64,000 nucleotides of DNA from NCBI GenBank assembly GCA_028534125.1, contig CM052818.1, positions 16,804,001-16,868,000 of the forward strand, in the 5' to 3' direction. A program made the position numbers and the translations under genes. Origin of the DNA: Lama glama. Its lineage: Eukaryota. Shown piece after piece: positions 9,706 to 20,110 of this stretch (positions are counted from its first letter, which is position 1; each line of letters starts with the position of its first letter). A model generated the notes under the pieces. The model saw nothing but the letters and a program-made list of their open reading frames with translations. It had not been told where the DNA came from and did no database searches.

Positions 9706-11210
9706 GTAAGTCAGGCATGTGTACTCTTTGACGTGTTGGCGCCAAATTTAAAAGCATGCTTACTTTTCCATTTAGAACCATCCACATTGCGTTTAGTGTT
9801 TTCATTAAAAGGAAGTAGATGATATGCAGCTGTGGTAAACATGCATCATAGCCTTTAAATTAACCATTTTTAGCTATGTACTAGTGAACGTGCCCTTGGT
9901 CTCTAGTTTTGTTTTATTTTGGTTTTTGTGTTTTGGTTATCTGAAACACAGGAATGTGTTCCCTTGAATTCTCTGAATCTTTCTTTTGCTCTGAACATTA
10001 CTCTGGCGAATTGGGACCAAAGCTCACACTTCTGCGCCTTTACATTTGTGTCGTCTAGCAGGGAAACTTTTCTGCTTGAAAAAGCACCTGAACATGAGCG
10101 GAGCAATAAGTAAGAAATTATATCAAAGTTTTAAATGTGTGAAATAGAGCTTCAGAAACAAATGTTGTTTGGATAATTTGAGCCAATAAAAGGAGAACAT
10201 ATGCTATTGCAGTTTGTGTTTTGGTCAACCATTTCCAATAATACAATTTAATCTTATTTTAAGCCTTTTTAGCAACTATGCAGATGACAGTATGTATCGA
10301 TTCTTTTATAGATTTTGTGCACCAGTTGGGATGCTTTCTAAACTTTTTTCTGAGGGCAAATTCCCATTACTTCCCTTTCTTTGGTGGGCGTTTTCCACCA
10401 CGTTCCTTAGTGTAGGACTCAGGATGGCGTAGAGGGCATTGTATTTGTATTTTATTTTACTGGCTGAGTGAAGTTAATGTATATGTGTTTGTATATGTGC
10501 ATGTGTGTATTTGTATGAATGCATGTGTGTACACAAACTTTCTAAATGTATTTTTCGCATATATTCATTATGTTGTAAAAAGTAACTCTGAAAAATAATA
10601 TTCTAAGAATATAACCATTTAGCTCTACATATGGAATAATTCATGTTTATACTTAGCTGATAATTTATTTTGCTGTAATTAATGTTGTGTCACTTAACTT
10701 TATTCAGTTTTATTATGTCAGTCTTAAATGTTTTCTGTTGCCATGTGTGTCAAACATATTTTTACTTCACCGGTTTTCATCAAATTTTATTCTTCAATCT
10801 GCACAAAACTACACAGGACAGGAAGTTGGTTTTTCCTTCACATTCTTCTTCTGTTAACAGAACCAAGATGTCTTTTGATGTTAAATGGGGAAACAAGACT
10901 TTAAGATGGACTTGAGTATTTTGCAAGTCAGAGTGATCACCTTTACATGTTGGTTAATTATATATATATATAAATGAGAAATGTGATTTATATGTCTTTA
11001 TTAATTGCAAATTAATTCAACAAATCTGCATTCTAGAGCAAAAAATACAATCTTGACTATGATGTCATCCAGATTGAAAAATTGTCAATGTAATATGGAA
11101 TGAAAACATGTGGATAGATTAGTTTAAATGACGAGAATGCAAGTGCTGTGAGAGTGGTAAAAAGTGTGATCAGTGTCAGCATTCAGAAAAGATAAAGATA
11201 ACATGAATCA

Positions 11211-11710
11211 NNNNNNNNNNNNNNNNNNNNNNNNNNNNNNNNNNNNNNNNNNNNNNNNNNNNNNNNNNNNNNNNNNNNNNNNNNNNNNNNNNNNNNNNNN
11301 NNNNNNNNNNNNNNNNNNNNNNNNNNNNNNNNNNNNNNNNNNNNNNNNNNNNNNNNNNNNNNNNNNNNNNNNNNNNNNNNNNNNNNNNNNNNNNNNNNNN
11401 NNNNNNNNNNNNNNNNNNNNNNNNNNNNNNNNNNNNNNNNNNNNNNNNNNNNNNNNNNNNNNNNNNNNNNNNNNNNNNNNNNNNNNNNNNNNNNNNNNNN
11501 NNNNNNNNNNNNNNNNNNNNNNNNNNNNNNNNNNNNNNNNNNNNNNNNNNNNNNNNNNNNNNNNNNNNNNNNNNNNNNNNNNNNNNNNNNNNNNNNNNNN
11601 NNNNNNNNNNNNNNNNNNNNNNNNNNNNNNNNNNNNNNNNNNNNNNNNNNNNNNNNNNNNNNNNNNNNNNNNNNNNNNNNNNNNNNNNNNNNNNNNNNNN
11701 NNNNNNNNNN
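11211..11710. other. Assembly gap (500 N)
   Basis: Run of n characters. Confidence 1.
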
Positions 11711-12034
11711 TTGCCTGGGAATTTAGTTTATTTTTGTTTTTTCTGTGTATATTTATGTGGTCACTTCATTCCAACAATTATTTATTTGTATTTTACTCTA
11801 ATATTTGAGAGAAATGAATGACCTTTTGAATCAGAAAATGTCAAAGGAAGTTAGTTATACATATATATAAGTTATATATAGTTATAGATCCAAAAAAGTT
11901 ACTGGTTAATAGCTCAGGAGTACAGGTCAATAATTGTCACATAAATGTTGTACTTCGATTGAAGGCCTATATTTTCCATCGTAAAAATCTGTAGTTCTAT
12001 ATATTTATGTGATTGGTTATATTTAATGTCAACT

Positions 12035-12105
12035 TTTCCTAGTAGACTGTAAGCTCCATGAGGGCAGGAAGCTTGTCTTTCTTTTTGACCATTATATTTC
12101 CAGAA
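12035..12105 (+). mobile_element. L2 LINE 3' end fragment
   Basis: tagactgtaagctccatgagggcagg is a hallmark L2 3' motif. Confidence 0.7.
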
Positions 12106-12562
12106 TATTATTCTTATTTTATCTTGAGTTTGCTATTCTCATGATTTATGTATGTGTGTGTTGGGGGAGGGCATGTTGGAAAAGGTAGATACAGAGGAAG
12201 ACAGGGAACGTTTGGAGCCAACATAGTAGGGGGTGGAAAAGGAAGAGGAAGCTTACTCAAATAACAAAAAGGATTGTAGCAACAGATTATATTGAATTCT
12301 CTCTGTCTCTAAGCTTCTGAATAGTTCTATCGTTCATATTCTTCTTGAAGCTGCAGTATTTCTTCCTAGTACAGCATCTTTCTGTTATCTCTTGAGTTTG
12401 TTTGCCTTTAGCCTATGCACAGCAATGGCCCTGTAAGGAAATCAAGTCAGTGTATTTTTGTGTTTAAAGGTTTTGAAAAATTTTAAGGTGATTCACTGTC
12501 ACCGTGGCAAATAATCAAATTTTGTTTTCTAACTTCTGCTATTCATGTGATAACACATACAG

Positions 12563-12621
12563 GACTTTTCCTGAAATTCAGATCTGGTGTTAAGCTATCT
12601 TATGTGGCTTCCATGCCATGA
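12563..12621 (+). CDS. NRXN1: Candidate alternative terminal exon coding part, (G)LFLKFRSGVKLSYVASMP-stop
   Basis: TTCTAAC branch 12527-12533, AG-free stretch, CAG acceptor 12560-12562, phase-1 ORF ending TGA 12619-12621. AATAAA at 12788, 12959 and 13137. Confidence 0.45.
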
Positions 12622-14622
12622 GTTCCTTTTTTTTCTTTAACTGTATAAATCATGATGTACCATAAGACCTGTGTTTAAATTGGGTTAGGATTATAAGCTT
12701 TGAAAAAAGCCCAAATTTAAGTCTCATCTTATGATACAAACATATTTGCTATTCCTTACATTCATAAATTCTACAATATATTTGCAAAATAAATGTCCAT
12801 TTGAGTCTTTCAAATGTCTATTGTTTGATTATCCAGGTTTCTCATGTTACTTAAAAGCCAAGGTATTACAGCTGTCAAGCATACAATTATACATTTTGAA
12901 AGTACCTAAACTTTACTAGTGACAATGAAGATATTAAAGGAGAATAATTTAAGAGGAAAATAAACACAGATTTTTCTCATAATCAGTTGTGTTAATACCT
13001 AGATATAATTGATTCCACTCAACTAATTGATAAGCAGTATCAAAGATTATATATTTTAAAATTTTATCTGTAATGTCAAACCACAACTAATATACTTAGT
13101 CTTAAAATAGATTTGATATTATTAATTTTAGGGGAAAATAAAGTATTTAGTATTCTTATACATTTTCTTTTATTTCCATGATTTTTTGTTACCATCTTTC
13201 AACTCTTGTGTTGCTATGTAGTTAATTTGTCTGTAAAGTGCACAGTTCCAGTGACCAGCATCTTGATGTGTATTTGTTTTATGGCTCTGAAATACATTTT
13301 GCATTGGTTTCTGACGTAGAACTAATCTGATTTTGAAAACACCACATTTCTCTTCTTTTGTATGGTTTCTTAAATTGTACTTCAAAATATTAACTATTCT
13401 GCACTGTTCAGAAACACTTGTGAATGTTGACAGTCTTAACTGTATTGAAATGCCTGTGTGTGGTACATCTGCAAGCCAGGACATAGTTTATTTTGGTTTA
13501 TCTGTTATGACTTCTATGTTGCAGTACTGGGTGCTCCTCTCTCACAGCCACAGAACATGGAAGGACCAGAATGTAGCTTCATGAAATTGGACATTAAATG
13601 TCTACTTCATCAATAGGATATACGTAGAAGTCTATGTGACTGTTCAGAATTTGATGTTTATTTTGCAGTTCTTCTTTAGCCTACATGCCCATCAGTTCTG
13701 AGTGCAATTAAGAAAAGCCATTTAAAGAGTAAATAGATATTATCTCTTACTGCAGTTTAATCAGTTTTATCATTATATTTATTACTAATGAAAGTCCCAG
13801 CTTCTTTTTATCTCTGCATGTTTGGCTCTGTGATGAGAAGTTTCTCCTTTGCAGTCTGTAAACAGTTATGATATTGAATAACTGGTAAGCTAAACAAGGA
13901 TTTTGTGAGACTTGTTGTGGATTAATTGATCCTCAGAGAAGATCATGGAAAGGACTCTCCACAGTCTAACAGTTTAAAGAATGAGACAGTATAAATACAA
14001 ATTCAGATGCTTTGCTGAGATAGATCACAAACAGCAAAACATTTAAGTTATGGCACATTGGATTTTAAAAGAATTATTCCTTTTTCCAAAATAGTGATTT
14101 TATCTTGTTTATTCATTTTGAAATATATTTTTGTTAATGTAGTTTTTTTTTTAACCACCATCAACACATTTAGGCTTATAAGAGGGTATTTCTTAAATTG
14201 TGTTGGCAGGTGGTTTTAAAGAATTACGATTACCCAGTGTGCTTAGCTCATATACTAAAGAGATTTGAATCTTTAATTGGAATCATAGCATTTTGGAACA
14301 GGAAAGAACATTACAGACCATCCTGAAAAAAATTGACATCCTTAATTATTAGGCATAATAGGAGGTATTTCTCATTATGTTAGGCAAAACTGTGGAGACT
14401 TTGAACTAAAATAACTGATACAGAGTAACCAACTTTAAGGAGACTTTAAAGACTTTCTTCCACTTACACACTAATAATCATGAAACAGTTTTGTCTTCTC
14501 ATTCTTATAAAATAAATTTTGAAGCAGCGTGAAGGAAACCAACCATAGAGTATTATATAATATGCTATTATTTCTCAATTTGAAGGTTTCATTTTAGGGG
14601 ATTAAAACTCTCCCTTATAACA

Positions 14623-14812
14623 AGGAAGCAGTATAGTGTGATGGGTATGGGACATGAAGACATAAGACCTGGGTTTTGATCCTGTATTTGCTCTTTACTG
14701 ACCTTAGACAGATAATTTAGCCTCACATATCTAAATCTTATGATCTGTATTATGAGCTAATAAAAATACTGCACTCTCAAGGATATTGCTATGACAAATT
14801 GCAGAAGCACTT
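14623..14812 (+). mobile_element. MIR SINE
   Basis: gcagtatagtgtgatgg...agacctgggttttgatcctg...tgaccttagacag...tctgtattatgag: MIR head and core. Confidence 0.65.
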
Positions 14813-15494
14813 AATTAAAAGATGGTTTTTATCAATGGTGACAATAAAATAAAACATACTGTATATCTTTGAATTAAATACATTTGAAGGCTAATGATCT
14901 GTAATCTGCCAAAGGTGTTTTTTTTTTAATTACTAATTTTGTAGTATCTTCTGCCCATCACATGAATACCCTATAATTTATGGTTCTGTGATTGTTTTCA
15001 GTTACAGCTAACTAGACATCAGTGTCTTGATAGTCCATAGTTCAGAGAACATTGGTAGAATAAAGCATGAAAGGTTAGTTCTACTCAATCAGAAGTATTT
15101 AGATATTTCTGTAACTCTTCATACATTCACATTTCACTTGCACACAATGATGAAGCTGAAATGGACTTACCTTCCCTTTGAACAAACCTAGGAGTTCAGA
15201 GGGAACTGCTGCTTCTTAGATGCAAATTTTAGGGCTGAAGAGGGCAGGGAGATAAATATTTTCTCGTGGATTGGAAGTACCATCTAGAGAAAACTTTTTC
15301 TGTGAATTAATATTTTGCCTCATTAGTGACTTCATGGAGTGATATGTGAGTTGAGCTTATACTAACCACTTAGTCACCCGAAGACTAGATTTTTAAAGAA
15401 AAGATAATTGGGGACTTGTCTTCTTAGATAGGTATCTTTGTAGGAAAAAAAAGCATAATTACTTTGAGACACTTAAATAATTGGTTATATTGTC

Positions 15495-15800
15495 ATATCC
15501 TTCGAGATTTGTTCGAATGACACCTGAGTCTCAAGAGACCATCCTACCTAATACTACAATTTGCTCCTCTCCTGAACTCTTCTTACCTCAGTCTAGTTTC
15601 TCTTCCATAACACTTGTTATCTTTTAATACACTTTAATTTTTTCATTTATTTTGTTTACTGTTTATTGTCTGTCTTTCTTCCACCAAAATATAAAAGGGT
15701 AGAGATGTCTGCCCTGCCTTGAGGTATCTCAAGAGCCCTTGGAACAGTGGTTGGCACAAGTAGGTATTCAGGAATACTTATTTAATGATTGACTGACTGG
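15495..15800 (+). mobile_element. L2 LINE 3' fragment
   Basis: ttgtctgtctttcttccacc...ggaacagtggttggcacaagtaggtattcaggaatacttatttaatgattgactgactg, an L2a-like tail. Confidence 0.65.
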
Positions 15801-18084
15801 TTAAGCAGGTTTATAAAATTCCCTTTTAGATTTTACTCTGGATACTATGTTTTAAATTTTACATACTATTACTACATAATAAATAGTATAATATTTCACA
15901 TAATACACTGATTTTCAAATTTCTTTTTCCTTTCTGCTTCAAGGTAAATCTCCAATGAAGGACAAACAAATAAGGCTGATAAAACCAGAATTTTTCTCCT
16001 TCAACTGGGAGTGAGGAGGATTCAGACTCGACCCTTTTTTGAGCTTCCTCGTTCTCTGCCCAGTTTAAGTGGTGTCAGAGAATTTGAAAGGGTTTTAAAA
16101 ACCACTCCATCAGCCACTGATGGTCAAGACTTTAATTTAATAATCAGTTTTAAAAGAGTGTTTCTTTAAGAAGGAGATGATAATTCATCTTTGTATGTAT
16201 CTGCCTGTATATAGGTAACAGGAAGAGGCTCCTGAAAGTTTGGCTTCTGACTAACTTGATTCATTGTGACTTTCAGAAAGTACTTTTTAAGTAATTTGTG
16301 ACAGAAGGAAAGTTTCAAAGAATGAAGTGGGTCCCTTTGTACTTTATGTTCATGTAACTTATCTGGTGCTTCTCATATTGAAAGAAATAGATTCATTCTT
16401 CTAAGTTCCTACAAATAGTTAGGTACACCCAAAGGGCCTTTGACTTTTTCCCAGCCCAGGGATAAATGATCATGTGTTCAACTAGATGATTTATCAAGTG
16501 GTCTAGATCTGCAGCCAGCTGTCCTAAACTGTGGAGCCTGAGTTCAAGAGTTACAGTGGTAGGAAATCTCTGAATTAAAAAGCAACAACGAAACTGCAGT
16601 GCCTGAAACCATATTTTCCATGAAATGAATGTCTTATTATTTGTCCTTTAGGTAGAAATAGCGTTAGCAATGGAGATGGAAGGAGGGAAGGAGGAAAAAA
16701 GAGAGAGAGAGGGAGAATTCTCTCTAGAAAGAATGGGAATAATTTCATTCAGTCTTAGTCATTATTAAATCATCAATGAGACTGCTGCACATGGTGTAAA
16801 GCCATAGCTTTTCAGAATGGATATTTTCAAGATTTTTGACATTAGGAAATATAAACACAAGGATGATAATAGTTAACCAATTTTCCGGACATATCTTTAC
16901 ACATTCAAATTATATCTATTTATATAAAATGTGTTTTGACTAAATACAGTTTTCTCTTTTCTGCTTGGCTTGTTTGCCTGTGAATTGTCCTGTGCCTGTG
17001 ACCATGTGATAGCTCATTCAGAACAGTAGCAGTTGAAATAATCTCCAGTTATTATTAGTGTTTTTCAACCAAGTAAAATAGTGCAGGGATGCTACCAGAG
17101 CTAGGAACTGAGAATAATATTTCTTTTCACCTTAAATACTTTTATTTTATTACATAGCCCAGATAGAGACTAGAAAAATCAGACTACTGAGACAAATAGA
17201 TACGGTAATTCAGGAAATTAAAATGACTCATGTGTTAGAAGAAGTTTCTAAGCAATATTTTATTTTTTGGCCTGAATTACCTGGTCAACTGACCCAGTTT
17301 TCCATGTCATCTTCTGGCCGTGGCATTATAAAGTCAGTAGACACTTGGAGAAAATTAAATTACTCCATTCTAGGAAACAATCAAATTTAGTTTGGGCTAA
17401 AGTGCTGTCAGAGGGATGGAAATCCCCCAAATTGGCCAACTGTGATTTCAGCTCACAGGGAAATCCTCGTTCGCAAGCTAACCATAATTTTTTTGCAGCT
17501 TGTTAGTGGCAAAATACTCTAGAAATCTGCTAAACTTAGTTAACAGATATTTTTGATGCTATGCTGACTTAAAAGAATTATATAATGGCTTGTTATGACT
17601 GTCTTTCCAGAGATTATTTGTTTGAATGAAAGGATGTATTATCTGACTGGCAGTCAGCAGGGCATACAATTTGAATTGCTTCCCTGGCAGTGTGGTTGAG
17701 TTTGCTGTGACCCGTCTGTACTTGCTGTGACCAGTGGCATTTTTTGTGAGAAGACTGGGTGAAATTAGGAGTCATTCAGTGCGATGGAAAGAGATGGAAG
17801 CCAGTTGCTACAAAAGAAAACCAAAACTTGGACTAATGAATGTGAGGACAGTTTGAGCATTTGCCCTCTCATTGTTTGTAAGGAGTATTGCCATGACCAA
17901 TTAGGCAAAGTCACTGTTTCTTTTTTCTTCAAATACTTCAAATCTGTCATTCCCTAGTTAGAAGAACGTCCTCTATGAAGGAGGACCACTGTGTAAGGAA
18001 GACTAGTCAAGCAGCTTATTTCCCTGTTACATCTGAACAGTCTCTCAAACACTGTTGCACACTTTGACCTCAGTATTGTTGTTC

Positions 18085-18280
18085 TGACCCAAGGGTTCTC
18101 AGGTAGTCTGCCCAGCTCTCCTCCACCTCCCCACGCCCAGTCACCTGGGGCACATTTTAGAAAAATACACATCTTCAGGGACCCTAACAGATACTTTTGT
18201 TCAATATGTCTAAGGTCGATTGTAATCCTGTACCTTAAAAAGCCCCCTCAACTCCCTAAGAAGTTCCAAAGTACAGCCAT
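18085..18280. mobile_element. MER5-like hAT-Charlie DNA transposon fragment
   Basis: ggttctca...agtcacctggggcacattttagaaaaatacacat...aagtacagcca resembles MER5A. Confidence 0.45.
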
Positions 18281-19789
18281 TTTATGCAGAGTGTTACCAA
18301 CTCAGCTAATTGGCTTTTGTCCTCTAAGAGGTGATGATTTGATCTTCATGGTGATGAAAGGTTTTTTTGTTTTTTGTTTTCCCTTGCAGGGGAACTGTGT
18401 AACTTGTTAATTCAATTCATATTGCTTCTCTATTGAAAGATTTCCTTACTAATAAAAAATAATTATTATTTTGCTTTAAGGGAAGTTTGTCCTTAGTCCA
18501 TTATGAAAAGACTGGAAAAGGAGATACGGTTATTCAGTTAAGTCTACCTTTTATCCTTGAAACTGAACAATTGGGTTTTACCCAAGTAAAGATATCACCG
18601 GGCTCTTTGCAACCTTGTAGTACAGGTCATTAAAACTTCCATTGTGTAGAGTTCAGATATGTGCTTCAAAAAAAGAAAAGAACAAAATTCAAATCGAATA
18701 TATGGCAACATTTAAACTTTTGATGTGAAGCCCACCCATGGATATTTGTAATATATTTTAAGATCATTGTCTATAATAGACCATGGTAAAGAGATCCGGA
18801 CAAAGCTGAAGAGGAAATGCTGAGCTCACATAAAAAATATGCCACAAATATCTCTCTATACAATGGAAAAAGTTGATTATAATGGCTTTTTTTTTCTTTT
18901 TAGTAGAGACTGTGGTGAAAGAGGCGTTAATACAGGAATATGTCATTTCTATAAAGGTCATACTCTAGGGGGTGTAAATTTGGTCTCTGGAGTCTATTAA
19001 AAAAGAAAAGGTAATATACTTATGAGACATGCAGAAGTGACAGTCACAGGCATAGAAATTATAGGGAATTATACTATTAGATTTTTTAAGATCTACAAAA
19101 GGATTTTGGTTAAGGAATAGTGTGAGTATAAGCAAAAGCAGGGAGAGGAGTGCTGAAGGTGAGAAAGCCAAGCTCCCGGGGGTGGGAGCGAGGGGAGATG
19201 ATCATATATGACAGCAAGACATTATCTCCCTGGGTAGAAAAGATGTGGAAGAGTAATGATAGCAGCCTGAGCGGGCAGCTTCAGGAGCTAGCAGAGCTCT
19301 GGACATACATGCTTAATGCTTCACGTGATTTGAGGGGACACCAAAAGTTACTTCCTTGCCAAAGATAAATCTCTCAGTACCCCTGTCCTGTAGAAAAAAG
19401 AAAAATTAACACACAGTATATAAAAGTGCCATATAGTTTTAACTAATTTATTCTTAAAAAGGGATCCGATGAAATGGGACACTAGACAACTAGGCAAGTG
19501 CTTTTCAGTGTGAATGAAACGTATCAGATAGGATTGTCCAGCCCTTGAATGAACCTTACTGAGATCGAGGCACATTGGCATGGCTGGTGACGAGTCAAGG
19601 AGGAGGCAGAATCCACTGAAGGAAAGAACCTTATTGTTTATCCGAGAGAGTAGCTACACTAGAAGCATACATTCAATCTTTGTATACGCTATCCCTCCCA
19701 CCTCAAACTAGACATGGTGGATTTATTCTGTTCTTAGGACCATTTATCTGTATAATAAAATTTTCCTGCAGAATTGCATTAGTCAGTCA

Positions 19790-20110
19790 TTGCTCTTAGA
19801 ATTTGAGATCCTTGGAGGCAGGAGTTTTGTTATTTTCAGTTTTGTATTGAGAATAGAACTTGGTAACATGGTAGATACTCAGTAAATCTTACTGCAAAGC
19901 AGATAGCCAAAAATCCTGGAGATTGGAGTTGAGTACACCTCCGTTTAGACCCTAGATTCACTGTGTGTCTTTGGAAAAGTTATTTGGCTTCTCTGATCTT
20001 CATTTAAAATGAAGACCATAAAAGTCACCTCTTTTAGTTTGGAGAATTACATCAGTAAAATGTACAATATGTTTTTAGAGGATAGTGAATGCTCAATAGT
20101 AGACACGTAA
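19790..20110 (+). mobile_element. L2 3' fragment followed by MIR fragment
   Basis: gagatccttggaggcaggag...ggtagatactcagtaaat (L2); ggagttgagtacacct...ctgtgtgtctttggaaaagttatttggcttctctg...aaaatgaag (MIR). Confidence 0.55.

Larger units (their letters stand above)
4921..10525 (+). promoter_or_regulatory. Cluster of RBFOX-type TGCATG splicing elements around the SS1 microexons
   Basis: TGCATG at 4921, 4942, 4977, 5315, 5390, 6386, 6474, 7712, 8719, 8876, 10498 and 10520, plus several GCATG. Confidence 0.6.

Noticed and set aside
11173..11808. 211-aa ORF in the supplied track
   Set aside because: Artefact of reading through the N gap.
16630..16656. cctttAG|GTAGAA recursive-like motif
   Set aside because: Weak donor and short tract; within chance expectation for 64 kb.
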